Of a stretch of DNA of 64,000 nt, positions 49,720-63,001 are shown piece after piece. Origin of the DNA: Mobula hypostoma (Eukaryota); the NCBI RefSeq assembly GCF_963921235.1, contig NC_086097.1, positions 223,078,001-223,142,000 on the forward strand. The letters are read 5' to 3'. The position numbers and the translations under genes are program-made. Position 1 is the stretch's first letter. Each line of letters opens with the position of its first letter. Below the pieces are notes generated by a model, which was not told the DNA's origin, did not search any database, and saw nothing but the letters and a program-made list of their open reading frames with translations.

Positions 49720-50860
49720 ATTCGGAATGCTACATTATTTCTACAAAAGGATTTGTTCTGGGACCCTTCTCCTTGTGACTTTTATAAATGACTTGGATGA
49801 AGAATGGGAAGGGTTGGTTAATAAATTAGCAGATAACACGAAAATTGCTGTTGTGGATAGTATGAAAGGTTGTGGAGGCTTACAATGGGGTGTTGATGGG
49901 ATGCAGAGCAGGGCTGAGAAGTGGCAGATGGGTTCAGCTTGGAAAAGTGATTCACTTTAGAAAGTCAAATTTGAAGACAGAATGGCAGGATTCTTACCAG
50001 TGTGCAGGAACAGAAGGACCTTGGGGTCCACGTCCATAGACCCTTCAGAGTTGCTGTGCAAGTTGAAGGAGAGTTGTAAAATTAGTCAGCTCCATCATGG
50101 GCCTCCACAGTATCCAGAACATCTTCAAGGAGCAGTGCCTCAGAAAAGCAGCGTCCATTAAGGACCCCCATCACTCAGGATGTGCCCTCTTCACATTGCT
50201 ACCATCAGGAAAGAGATACTGTACAGAACCATATAACAATTACAGCACTGAAACAGGAGCCTGACAGCACACACTTAATGATTCAGGAACAGCTTCTTCC
50301 CCTCTGCCATCCAATTTATGAATGGACATTGAACCCATGAACACTACCTCACTACTTACTTTGCAATACTTATTTAATTTAACTATTTAATATATATTAA
50401 CTATAATTCAGTTTTTTTTGCTCTGTTATGTATTGCATTACACTGCTGCCGCAAAGTTAACAAATTTCATGGGATATGCTGGTGATATTAAACCCGATTC
50501 TGATTCGTTGGAGATTGGCTTCAAGAGCCACAATGTAATGTTGGTGTCCTTAAAAAGAGAAATCCTGATCATACCACACTTGAAATATTGTTTAATGCTG
50601 GTTGCCACATTGTAGAAGGATGTAAAAGCTTTAGAGAGGGTGCGAAGAAGATTTACCTTGATACTGCCTGGATTGAAATGTGTGTACATTCTCCCTGTGA
50701 CCACAGGGGTTTCCTCCTGGTGCTCTGGTTTCCTCCCACACTGCAGAGACTTTAAGTTAATTGGTCATGATTAGGCTAGTGTGAAATAGATGGATTGCTT
50801 GGCATCATGCCCCATTGAGCCAGAAGGCCCTATTCTGCACTGTATCTCTGAATAAATAAG
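49720..50860 (+). mobile_element. Nested cluster: CR1 RT fragment with a Rex-type 3' end (about 50065-50505) and a partial V-SINE (about 50680-50860)
   Basis: TFINDLDE..LADNTKI (CR1); AGGAACAGCTTCTTCCCCTCTGCCATC (Rex-type); GGTTTCCTCCCACA (V-SINE). Confidence 0.65.
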
Positions 50861-50961
50861 TGAACTAAGGAGCAGGATTAATGTTGGACATCCATGATTA
50901 TTAAGGCATTGCATTTGCCGATGTGTAAGCATGTTCCATAGGTTGGAGGAATACCTGTATT

Positions 50962-51596
50962 AGATGAGATTAGATTATGAGGACACGCAGTCCTTTTATT
51001 GTCATTTAATAATGCATGCATTAAGAAATGATGCAATGTTTCTCCAGAATGATATCACAGAAACACAAGACAAACCGACTGGAAAAACTAACAAAAAACA
51101 CATAATTATGGCATATAGTTGCAACAGTGCAAAGCAATGCTGTAATTTAATGAAGAACGGACCATGGGCACAGTTTTTTTTTAAAAAGGTCTCGAAGTCT
51201 CTCAAGTCCCATCATCTCACAGTCGGTAGAAGGAAGGAAAAAAAAACTCCTGCCATGAGCTTCCAGTGCCGTAAACTTGCCGATGCAGCATCCTGGTAGC
51301 ACCCGACCACAGCCGACTCTTGAGTCCTTCCGGAAACTTCAAGCCTCCGACACCAAGCACTTCGACCCTGGCAATAGGCAAAGCCGAGGATTTGGGGCCT
51401 TCCCCTCTGGAGATTCTCGATTGCACAATAGCAGCGGCAGCAAAGCAGGCATTTCAGAAGTTTCTCCAGATGTTCCTCTGTGCTTCTCACGTCTGTCTCC
51501 ATCAAATCAGGATTGTGCATGGCCCCTAGTTAACACATACAATATTTCGGAGCAGCCGTGCGTGCTGTGTCGTGTTGCCATCTTCTCCTCCCCCTC
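50962..51596 (-). mobile_element. Non-coding retroposon-like element with a (TAATC)-type tail
   Basis: GC-richer 5' end GGAGAAGATGGCAAC and a short tandem tail at about 50962-50977. Family unassigned. Confidence 0.4.
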
Positions 51597-51825
51597 CTAT
51601 CAACCTGAATCTGAAGAATTGTAAGTACACTTAAGAAAAATGGAGTGACTTGCGTTGAGTTAACTTGTGTGAAGTTAATTACTAATTATTTAAAACTAAT
51701 GTTCAGTAAACTCAGCATTTTTAAAACAGATTGCTGTCACTGGAACATCATGGAATTGAAGCTGAAGAATGTAATAGTTGAAAATCAGAATTGCAAATAC
51801 TGGAAATCTGATGTGAGAAGCAGAG

Positions 51826-51986
51826 GAAAATGCTGCAGAAACTCAGCAGGTCATGCTGCAACTGTGGGAAAAGGAAAGCGTTTCAAGTTGAAAACTTCTT
51901 CTCAGTTTCATCTAGTTGCAATGTCTTCATCCCTGAAATACCTCTTCCCACATATGCTGTCTGACCTGAGTGTTTCCAGCATTTTC
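51826..51986. repeat. Imperfect inverted repeat built from two Penelope-terminus-like halves
   Basis: Arm 51826-51874 is approximately the reverse complement of arm 51941-51986. Confidence 0.6.
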
Positions 51987-52922
51987 TGCAGTTTGTAAAC
52001 GTGCATGGTATCTGCAGTAATGTGCAAGAGTCTTGCTGGTTTGTGTGTTGCAGGAGGCGTGTAGGACAGGTGGCAGAAGAGGAGTGCAGGGGTGGGTGGT
52101 GGTGCAGATGCAAACACATCCAGCCCTGAGACACCAGGCAAGGTCACTTGATTCCAAACAATTGGTTTATTGATTATTTCAGAATGTCTCTCTGGTCCTT
52201 CCTACTCCCTCCCCTCTCCCTCTTTTCCCAATCATGATTCCCCTCTCTCTGGACCCCTTCCCATTCTCAGTCCACAATAGAGAACCATGTTAGAATTGGA
52301 TTTATCATCACTCACATGTCATAATTTTTTTGCTGCAGCAGCAACAGCAGTACAGTTCAAAAAATAAAATTACTACAGTACCACACAAAGGCACTTATCT
52401 CTATATATACAGTACAGACCAAGACTGTAGAATAACCCTATAAAAATGGCAATCGTGATCATTTAGTGAATTTGAATAATAATGACAAGGTGAGAGATGC
52501 ATTTTGAACAGTTGCCAAAACAACTTTCATACTGTTGGTTCCAAAATGCTAGTCTAGTCCTGAACTTCCAGCAACCGCGTGGTTGAGATACAAGCACGAC
52601 CCCAGTAATTTCTCTTCCTTCTATTCTCCAGCATGCCTGCTCTGTTGATTGTGTAGAACACTTTTGGAATTGGAATACAGTTAAACCCTTGGGCAAAAAT
52701 GCAGCTCATTTCATCCAAGTACATAGCAAGTGGAAAGAGTGCTGATTTTGCAGCACCTGTTACATAGGTGATGCTGTTATTTAGAGTTGAATAACCTTGA
52801 TTGCTTAGAACCATGCAACTACATGGCCTAACCACAGAGTGGCGCTGCTGCAGTTTTCCCATGCAAAACCTCATCTCGCAATTGAGAACAGAGTGAAAAT
52901 TTTGGCTGCTTCCACCCCACCT

Positions 52923-53960
52923 TCAAAGTTCCTTTATCATCAAAGTACATGTATGTCATCATACACAATACTGAGGTTCATTTTCTTGCAGGGCATACTC
53001 ATAAATCCTAGAAACACAATAGGATCAGTGAAAGACTGCACCCAACAGGATGGACAAACATCTAAAGATGACAGACTCAGCAATATGCGTAATAAATAAG
53101 CAAGCAATAAATATCAAGAACATGAGATGAGTAGTCCTTGAAAGTTCAAGTCTATGGGTTGTGGGAACAGGTCAGTGATGGGGTAAGTGAAGTTGTCCCT
53201 TCTGGTTCATGAAAGTGGTGGTTGAAGGTTAATAACTGTTCCTGCACTTGCTGCAGTGAGTCGTGAGGTTCCTGTACCACCTTCCTAATGACTGTAGTGA
53301 GAAGAGAGCATGGCCTGGATGATGAATGCTACTTTCCTGCGACAGCACTCTGTGTAGATGTGTTCAGGTGGGGAGGGCTTTATCTGTGATGACTATTTTT
53401 AGCTGGATTTTCCATTCAAGTGTTTCCATACAGATGGTGATGCAACATGTATATTAATACATGCCACCGCACATCTACAGAAGTTGGGCAAAGTTTTACA
53501 TGTCATGCTGCATCTTCGCAAACTTCTAAGGTGCTGTGCTTTCTTCATAATGGCATTCGTGTACTGGACCCAAGACAGTCCTCTGAAATGATCACACTGA
53601 GGAATTAAAAGTTGCTGACCCTCTCCATCTCTGATCTCCCCTGATGAGGACTGGCTCATGGGCCTCCAGTTTCCTACTCTTGAAGTCAATAATCAGCTCC
53701 TTGGTCTTGCTGACATTGAGTGGGAGGTTGTTGTTGTAGCACTACTCAACCAGATTTTCAATCTCCCTTCTATATGCTAATTCATCACCTTGGATTCGGC
53801 AACGATATTGGTGTTGTCAGCAAACTTAAATATAGCATCAGAGCTGTACTTGACCTCACAGTCAAGCAGAAGTGTAAAGCAGAGGGGCTAAGCACAGCCT
53901 TGTGGTACAGCTGTGCTGATAGACCGTGGAGCTGTTTTTGCCAATCCAAACTGGTGGCAA
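52923..53960 (-). mobile_element. Degraded Rex-Babar-type LINE 3' fragment
   Basis: LSWVQYTNAIMKKAQH.LRSLRR remnant (ORF 53399..53689). Confidence 0.6.
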
Positions 53961-56183
53961 AGTCCAGTACTGCTGAAGGGTTTTGACCCAAAATGTCAAC
54001 TGTACTTTATTTCAGATGCTGACTGGCCTGTTGAACTCCTCCAGTGTTTTGCTCCGATTTCCAGTATCTGCAGATGTTCTCTTGTTTTGCTTACATTACC
54101 TAATCTGATTCCTAATCACTCCAATCCCCTACCTCTGGTTGGGAGATACTAGTGAGATTCTTGGATAATGTGGATACAGTGTCTTTCATGTTCGGAGATG
54201 CTTTTCAAAACAATTGTTAACATTGAAATAAACTCTGCCAAACTGCCCATTGTCCAGAATCCATGGGCGGTTGAATCAGCAATGACACAGGCAAGCTGTG
54301 TCTTTGCGGAAACCCATGTTTGTGTTCATGACAAAGAGCTGGAGACGGCTGCCAAAAGCCAGTATTCTTTGCCTCATTTCCTGTTCTTCAGGATTTTTTC
54401 CTTCAAGAATCAATTTTGTGTATTTTGTTTTGAATACCTGTCAGCAATAATTGGATTGGCCAATTTTTTTTTGATTAGGAACAATGGAATGAAAACTTGA
54501 GAATGAGTAAACTTTTCAAATCCTCAAGCCTGCTGTGCCATTCAGAAAGATCATGGCCTTTGATCTATCCAATACCATACATTTGGATGGCCCTTCATCA
54601 AAATCTGTCTGCATCCACGTTGTATTCCTGCTACTGGGCTTCCAGCTTCCTGTGATGTTAAATTCTACTCTCTGAAGAAATTTCTCTGGAGTCCTAATTG
54701 TCTTCCCTGATTTTTCTGAGATTTTGCTCTCTCTTGCAGATTAGGGATTCCTAACCTCGGGTCCATGGACTCCTTGCTTAATGGTACTGGTCTGTGGCAT
54801 TTTTTTTTAAATGATTTTTAAACCCTTGTTAAGAATCACAGACCATGGAAATGATCTGCTTGGCTGAACCAGTCTGTGCCAGCCAAGATGCAGGTTGAGG
54901 CTTGTCCCATTGGCACATGATTGGCCCATATCTGTAAACCTTTCTTGTATATGTATCTATTCAAGTGTCTTTTAAAAGTTGTTTTTCATACCTGCCTCAA
55001 CAACTTTCTCTAGTTCATTCCAGATCATGTTTAAGTTTATCATCATTCAACTATACACATAGATGCTGCCAGATAAAACCATCTTCCTGTGGATCAAGGT
55101 GCACATAACTCTCACAACACACAAAGTAATAGTAGTAATTAATTCAAGAAGATTGACATTTAGCATAAGGTACATTTATGACACGTTTTTAAAAAGTAAA
55201 CAGCATAACGTCACTGGTGCTTCATAAGTGATGAGATCAGGGTGATGGGAGAGAGTTCAGTAGTCTTCATGGCCTGGGGAAAGAAGCTTTTTCTCATCTT
55301 TGTCCTTGTCGGAATAATGCAATGGTACTTCCTGCCTGATGGTAGTGGGTCAGAGTTGCCCTTTTCATTAAGTCTCTTGTGCTCTCACACTCTGCCCTTT
55401 ATTCCCCAACTCCAGTGAAAAGGCTGTGCATTCTTCACCCTGTCTATGCCCTTCATGGTCTTATGCACCCCTCTTGTATGCTTCAAGGAATAAAGTCCTA
55501 ACCATATAACCTAGTCCCTTCTGGGTATTGCCAGAACTCAAATCTTTTCTGCACGGAAGAGAAACTTTTTGCCCTTTAAACAAAGTATCCTGAGAAGCAC
55601 TGATTCTCTTGTACTTTATTTGCAAGTAATTCTGCAACCATTCTTGCTAAAAATGTAAATTGTCTTTTCCATCTCCTGGTAAATTAAATGAGATAGTAAT
55701 GGCTTAATGTTAACATTTTTCTCTAAATGGTAGATTACTTGAACTTGGTGTAGAAATGGGCTCTTAAGTTTTTTTTTTCTAGAGTTATAATTTGTTCTTT
55801 AAGCTAACAAAGCAGGATTTTTTTTTTTAGTTAAGCAAGTAAAGACTGAATTGGAGTGGAGTAGGAGTAGTGGTCTGAGTCTGGTCTGTCATTCACTGAA
55901 ATGGACTTGTTGCTTAATTTCATGCAATACAAGTGTTTGTGAGGGGTTGGTGGCAGTGGGGTAGTAATGTACAATCGGGTCTCATTGGTTAGTCTTCCTT
56001 CTGGTCTGGATCTCATGGCTGCTGCAGCAGGGTTCGATAAATTGGACTAACCCATCCTCCACAGGCTTAATTCCACCCCTTTTTTTTTGTATCATTTGGA
56101 AGAAAATTGAATTGATGAATGTCAAGGAAATCTAATCAGTTTGATAGCTCTGCTTAGTTCCTGTTAAGACACAAATTATAAAT

Positions 56184-56950
56184 ACAGTGGCTTACATTTA
56201 ATTGGGATCAGTGAATTAAAGTGGCTGGTCCAGTTAGCCCAAGTTTCATTGAAATAGTTCAAAGGTATTTTTTTTTTAAAAGGCAAACTACTGTTTTAAC
56301 TGAGTAGCAAATTGTCTATTTAAATGAAATACAGACAAAACTAGAACATTGCCAATAGCACTACAACACTGTACAAATGTATTAGTTCCTAATAGTTATC
56401 AGAGGAATTCATCTGCCACGTTCTTTTGATTTACTGTAAATGAACCAAATCAGCACAGACACCTAATGCGGATAATGGACTGCCGTCATACAATGCTTTA
56501 GACCTGGGCTTCCCAACTTGTTTTATGCCATTGAACCTGACCATTAACTGTGGGAGGGGTTTGTGGATCCCAGGTTGGGAACCCCTGCTTTTGAAAATTA
56601 CATCCTCCAAATCTTCATTTCCATTGTCAAATTCAAGATGATTGTCAATACCTTAATTCTTCATAGTTCCTAACTTGAATAAGTGAAATTGTTTCAATTT
56701 CACTCTTGGCCATTTCTGGCATCGCCAAGCCTGAATGCTTGAAACCACAGTAAGAATGGTGTTGCTGCTTATTTCTTGCTTACTATCTGTGACAAAATTC
56801 ACTACTTTTTGAACAGAAGTAAATATAACCTATGCTAATTAAGAACCATTTGCGTGATTGATGCTAGATAGAACCTGTTTGGCACAGTCTCCTGCCCAAT
56901 TAAGTGCCATGGTGTCCCAAATAATAAAGGGAATCCTGACTATTTTCTCG
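56184..56950. mobile_element. Possible Tigger/pogo-like MITE containing a ~85-bp hAT MITE (about 56503-56588)
   Basis: TACAGT start; TTAATTGGG / CCCAATTAA subterminal inverted motifs. The inner element ends GGTTGGGAACCCCTG and has related copies near 54742 and 58022. Confidence 0.4.
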
Positions 56951-56963
56951 ATTAGCTTCTCTT

Positions 56964-57343
56964 TTGACCTCAAGAGCAGTGCATGCAAGACCGCCCAGGA
57001 ATCTCAGAGCTAGAAGCCTTTTGCAAGGAAGAATGGGCGAAAATCCCCCAAACAAGAGTTGAAAGACTCTTAGCTGGCTACAGAAAGCATTTACAAGCTG
57101 TGATACTTGCCAAAGGGGGTGTTACTAAGTACTGACCATGCAGGGTGCCCAAACTTTTGCTTTGGGCCCTTTTCCTTTTTTGTTATTTTGAAACTTTCTT
57201 AATTTTTGAAATTTTCTTGCTTAAAATATTAAAGAAATGTGTCATCTCTAACTTTCTTTCGGAAATCAGTTCATCTTTTACTTAGCTATTCACAGTAACA
57301 GAAATTTTGACCAGGGGTGCCCAGACCTTTGCATGCCAGTGTA
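56964..57343 (+). mobile_element. Tc1-like transposon right end (transposase C-terminus plus IR/DR)
   Basis: ELEAFCKEEWAKIPQTRVERLLAGYRKHLQAVILAKGGVTKY*; inner and outer direct repeats CAGGG(G)TGCCCA.AC.TTTGC at about 57141 and 57312; ends G+TA. Confidence 0.85.
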
Positions 57344-59334
57344 TTTAGACAGAATCAGACGATAGAAGTTTCTGCATAATGATTTATTGCCTATTTAACT
57401 TGACAGTTGTTTGCAGTGGTCTTGGCTTGTAGCTGCACCATCATTTCCTAACCTGAAAGCTAAGATCTGTTATCTTTTCCTTGGAGAAAACTAAATCAGG
57501 GAGGGGAGGAGATTGGAGGTATGTTGGCCATAATGAAAATTTTTAATGTCACATTGTAGTAGGAGGGAAAGTATAATGTGGGGAGAGGAGAAAATAAAAT
57601 AGCGATGTAGAAACTTTGGTAAATGTGAATGGTTTCCAGTAAACCTTATTGTGTATTTACCACCATTTTTCCCTTTGTTCTTTCGCCAAATGCAGGGATT
57701 TGGCTATTGTCAGAAGTCTTGGAGCTTGCATCCATAGTTCCTTGAAAGTGGTAACATGGGGTGATGAAGACATGGCATGCTACATTTATAGGTCTGAGCA
57801 TAAATGTGAAAGTTGTGATGCCATGTTACTATTTTAACAAGTTGTGGCCTAGCTGGTGCTTTGTAATGTGTGCATTTCTGGCTGTACAGGCAAAAGTGCC
57901 AAGGAGATTCACTGGGGTATTGCCTGATTGGGTTTTAAACATGGGCAGAAGTGGGTTAATCTTCTCTCAAAAATGGGCAAAAGGATGTCTTGATTTTATT
58001 AGAGGCATAAATAAGCAAGATCAGGGCCCCCGACCTTCTACGTGTCATGGACCCATACCGTTAACTGAGGGTTGTGTGACCTAGATTTGATGATCAGAAT
58101 TTTTGTCACTTACTAGTGGTGACAAAAGCAAGAACATGGATGGAAAGAATTTTAAAAGGGCTTTGAAGGAACTTTTCCATTGGTTTGTATCTGGAGCTTG
58201 CTAGCAGAAGTAGTAGAGTCAGATATATACCTTGCAGTTAAGAAATTTTAGTCAGGCGCTTAAATAGAGAAGACACTGAAGGCAATGGATGTAATGTAGA
58301 TAAATGATTTGGCATGAAGAGCTCGTTTTTTGTGCCATATAACTAGCCACAACCCTGTCAAATGGCTTTTTTTGCAGCATAATGGTATCTTCCTATTTGT
58401 AACTTCCTATTTTGCAGTTTGTAGCTGCAGTAATTATTGCCAGGCAGCCCACATTGATTTATGGTTACCTCAATCTTCCTACACTACTTGCTTTTACTGC
58501 TTTCCTTGCCCTCAACTATACATTCATAAAATAAAATCTTGATTCCAAAATTTCCTTTACAGTAATTCTTTTCAGCACCTAAAGCTTCAGCATTTGGATA
58601 TGATAACAAGCCACTGAAATGTAAATGTACTGCAACAAATAATACAGCCATCTGTTGTAAGAAATACAAAGAACTTGTTTTAAACAAAATGTTATGAAAT
58701 TGGTAGGAGGCCCTTCTCTGCACTGAGCTTGAAGCTGGAAGTGTATTTATTCAACCTGTTGACCAATGAAAATGAAACTTGGCTCATGTTTGCATATTTG
58801 AGGAAGGGAGAATAAAAATGTCAACCTACTGTAATTTAAATTCCTGTATGCAGTCTCTTGATCTTGGATAGCAGGCTACTGCTGTAAATTTATGGGGAAG
58901 TGTTGATAGACATGAATTTTCAAGATCAGCAATGAGATGAACATTGTGGTGTCAAGTTATTGTGGACATTCTAATGTGTTGTACTGACGTAAACCAAGTT
59001 ATCAAAAATCTGCCTGAAGAGTAAACGTGGTAGGTATAAATAACAGACTCTTTGTGCTCGACGGAACAATTAATTCCTTCCAAGTACAGTATACAAAATT
59101 TAATTTTCTGAAATGGCTGTGATTTACAATGACTTTCAGAATATAGTTTGTTTAAAGTGCTGCATTTTTTCAAAATAAAAAGAAAACTTAAAGACAGCTA
59201 AAATAAAAATCCGAAACTGCTGGAAACATCAAACGTGTATACGGAGAGTGAATCTGAAATATTAAGATTGAACATTTGGAGGCAAGATATCTAGAGGTGA
59301 CATCTTGTTGAAGGTGAATTGAGTGACAAAAGAT

Positions 59335-60370
59335 CCATTGAATTGCAGCCAGTGGGGTGAACATTGTGCAATTGGATTGTGGATTTTCTCACTTGCAGAC
59401 CCCAATCTGTTTGGAGTGGGGAAAGTATCTCTGCAGTCTCCATCAGCTCATCTGCACCACAGATGTGTCCTTAGCCCCCTGCTCAACTCGTTTTATACCT
59501 ATGACTGTTGCTAAGCAAAGTTGCAACACCAGATTTCCTGATGGCTCCACTGTTGTGGGCCATATCAATGTGGTGATGAATCAGCTTGCAGGAGGGAGAT
59601 TGAAAATTTAACTGCGTGTTGTCATAACCCCTCTCAGCGAGACCAAAGAACTGGTTGTAATCTTCGGGTGAGGGAAACCAGAGGTCGATTAGCCAGCCCG
59701 CATCGAATGGTCAGAGGTGGAGAGGGTCAGTAATTGTTGTATAGGACTTGTCCTGGACACGTCATATAAATGTAATAGCAAAGAAAGCTCAACGGCCCCT
59801 CTACTTCCTCAGAAGTCTGTAGAGGTTTGGAATGTCATCACAAACCTTGAAAAACTTGATGTGTCATTGAGAGTGCACTGACAATCTGCATTATGGCCCA
59901 GTTTGGGAACACCAATGCCTTTGAGTGGAAAATCCTACAAAAGCTAGTGGATTTGGCCCAGTACATTGCGGGTAAAGCGCTCCCAACCATTGAACACTTT
60001 CACGAAACGTTGCCATAGAAAAGCAGCATCCTCCATCAAAGATCCTCACCATCCGGGCCATGTTTTTTTTCACTGCAGTCATCAGGTAAAAGGTACAGGT
60101 GCCTCAGGACTCGCACCGCCAGGTTCAGAAACAGTTTCTTCACGGGAAGAGAGAAGAAAAGGATAACTACTTATTCTATTGGTGCTGTTCCCACAACCAA
60201 TGATCTCACTTTAAGGATTCTTTATCTGTTATCTATTGGTATTTATTTATATTTATTTGCACATTGTTCATTGATCCTGCTTAGTTATTGTCCTATAGAT
60301 TTGTCCACAGGAAAAAGAATGAGTTGTATGTGGTGACATATATGTACTCTACATTCTACTTTGAACTTTG
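59335..60370 (+). mobile_element. Degraded Rex-Babar-type LINE 3' fragment
   Basis: CVLSPLLNSFYTYDC and KAASSIKDPHHPGH motifs. Confidence 0.7.
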
Positions 60371-60809
60371 GAGCTCTGACCTTGAACATAATCAATTTTG
60401 TTCAGGAGGCGATGGGGTGAAAGCAAAGGTATTAGAGAAGATAGATGGACCCTCAGATGATAGAAGGGAAGTCCCAGAGGACAACTGCTTCTTGCATTGG
60501 GTATAGTTTGGGTTCATGGAAGTTCCCCACAGCTGCACACTGTGGCCCAGAGAAATGGTTCATATTGAGTATGTTCTAGTATTGAACAACTTTGCCAAAT
60601 TTGACCAGTCTTTTCAAGTGAAGCACTGATTCCTTTACACGTTTTCTTACAAGGTCTTTTCCAGTCAATGTTCGCAATGTGGTTGTCTGACATTGAAGAA
60701 ATCAAAGACCGGTTAGTTTAAATGCTTGTGGAGCACTTGCATTAAATTTGCAGAGATTTTCCAACTATCTTTGTCAATTCTGACCACTGTCAATTTAATT
60801 CTGTATCCA

Positions 60810-61467
60810 AGCAACACACAAAATGCTGGTGGAACGCAGCAGGCCAGACAGCATCCATAGGAAGAAGCACAGTCGAAGTTTCGGGCCAAGACCCTCCATC
60901 AGGACTAACTGAAAAAAGAGATAGTAAGAGGTTTGAAAGTGGGAGGGGGAAGATCCGAAATTATAGAAGACAGGAGGGGAGGGATAAAGCTAAGAGCTGG
61001 AAAGTTGATTGGCAAAAGGGATACAAGTCTGGAGAAGGGAGAGGATCATGGGACGGGAGGCCTAGGGAGAAAGAAAGGGGGAGGGGAGCATCAGAGGAAG
61101 ATGGAGAGCAGGCAAGGAGTGATTGTGAGAGGGACAGAGGAAAAAATAATAAATAAGGGATGGGGTAAGAAGGGGAGGATGGGCATTAACGGAAGTTAGA
61201 GAAGTCAGTGTTCATGCCATCAGGTTGGAGGCTACCCAGACAGAATATAAGGTGTTGTTCCTTCAACTGAGTGTGCCTTCATCTTTACAGTAGAGGAGGC
61301 TGTGGATAGACATGTCAGAATGGGAATGGGACATGGGATTAAAATGTGTGGCCACTGGGAGATCCTGCTTTCTCTGGCAGACAAAGCGTAGGTGTTCAGC
61401 GAAACGGTCTCCCAGCCTGCGTCGGGTCTCACCAATATATGGAGTGCCGCACTGGGAGCACCAGACG
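60810..61467 (-). mobile_element. Penelope-like element 3' fragment (GIY-YIG endonuclease remnant plus terminal repeat)
   Basis: Minus strand YIGETRRRLGDRFAEHLR and KEQHLIFCLGSLQPDGMNTDF, followed by a pyrimidine-rich UTR and a hammerhead-like terminus. Confidence 0.8.
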
Positions 61468-62132
61468 TAGTATATTACATTCTGTATCCCCTTTGATTAT
61501 AGATTTTGCAATTTCTGTAAGAACCAAAATAAGCCTGAGGATGGCACCTCTTGTATTTGGGTGAATCAGCTTTTAACAACTTTGGATAACTTTATCTGTT
61601 TATTGGGCCTATTTGTCATCAATCTGTAATGCTGATTATTTTCTTTTTTAGCACAATCGGACGTCATTTCCTACAGACTCCAAATTGTTGTTTTTCATGT
61701 CCCTTTTTTGGTTTTCCTCTTGTAACCTATTAAGCAGCTGGCTTTGTCGATGGCTTATTCCCAGAGCTACTATCACCCCTGGCATATCTATCCCTCTCCA
61801 ACTTGAAACTATTTTTAAAATTTTTATTCTGATGAAAGTTTGTTGATCTGGAGTATTAGGTTTTCTCTTCCCATGCATGTTGCCTGATCTGTGTATCCAA
61901 CATTATCAATTTCCAGTGTGGGGGTTCTTCTCAATATTCATTGTCTATTACGTACAGGTCTTGTACTTATTATGTATCTTGTAACAAGACAACACAATTT
62001 GGCTGATGTGTGGGCTACTTAGTGTACCATCCCTCATGGTAGGTTCATGCAGAAGTTTAAGATCCATGGTGACTTGGCAGTTTTGTATTCGGAGTTATCT
62101 TTCCCATATGAGAGAAGGTAGTAGTTTTATAG

Positions 62133-63001
62133 CAGCGGTCCCCAACCACCAGGTCGCAAGGAAACGATATGAGTCAGCTGCACCTTTCCTCATTCCCTGT
62201 CACGCACTGTTGAACTTGAACATGGGGTTGCCAACTGTCCTGTATTGCTGGGACATCCTGTATATTGGGCTAAATTGGTTTGTCCCATACAGGACAGCCC
62301 TTGTCCCGTATTTCCCCCCGCTAAGGTAGAGCGTTCCTATGAAACTTTTCGTGTTGAAATGGCATAAAGTGAAGAAGCATTAATTTATATGGGGAAAAAT
62401 TTGAGCGTTCCCAGACCCAAAAAAATAACCTACCAAATAATACGTAAAACCTAAAATAACACTAACGTATAGTAAAAGCAGGAATGATATGATAAATACA
62501 CAGCTTATATAAAATAGAAATAATATATGTACAGCATAGTTGGGAAGATTAAGCCAAAACCGATTTGTTGGGGGGGGGGGGGGGAAAAATCGGCACGTAC
62601 GCACATGTGCACGCCACACGCGCAGTCATGCGTGTGCACACAGGTGCCCGTGCAAGGCTTCATGGTCATGGTAGTCTTTCCTGAGGTAAACACAAGTGTC
62701 CCGTCAACGCGCAGAAAAAATGCTGGTGAACGCAGCAGGCCGGGCAGCATCTATAGGAAGAGGTACAGTCGATGTTTCGGGCCAGGACCCTTCGTCAGGA
62801 TTTGACTGTTACTTTTCTCCCTTATTTGGGAGTGAGAAAGTTGGCAACCCTGACTGTAAAAGAGATGCTGAGGTGAGTTTAACCCTACTTGAACACTCCA
62901 CACCTCCCCCACCCCCCCCCCCCCGGCCCCAGTCGGGCGGTCCGCAAGAATATTGTCAATATTCAACCGGTCCGCAGTGCAAAAAAGGTTGGGGACCCCT
63001 G
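62133..63001. mobile_element. Composite non-autonomous hAT element, same family as 16751-17972, opposite orientation
   Basis: TIRs CAGCGGTCCCCAACC / GGTTGGGGACCCCTG; 8-bp TSD TTTTATAG (62125-62132) vs GTTTATAG (63002-63009). Confidence 0.8.
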
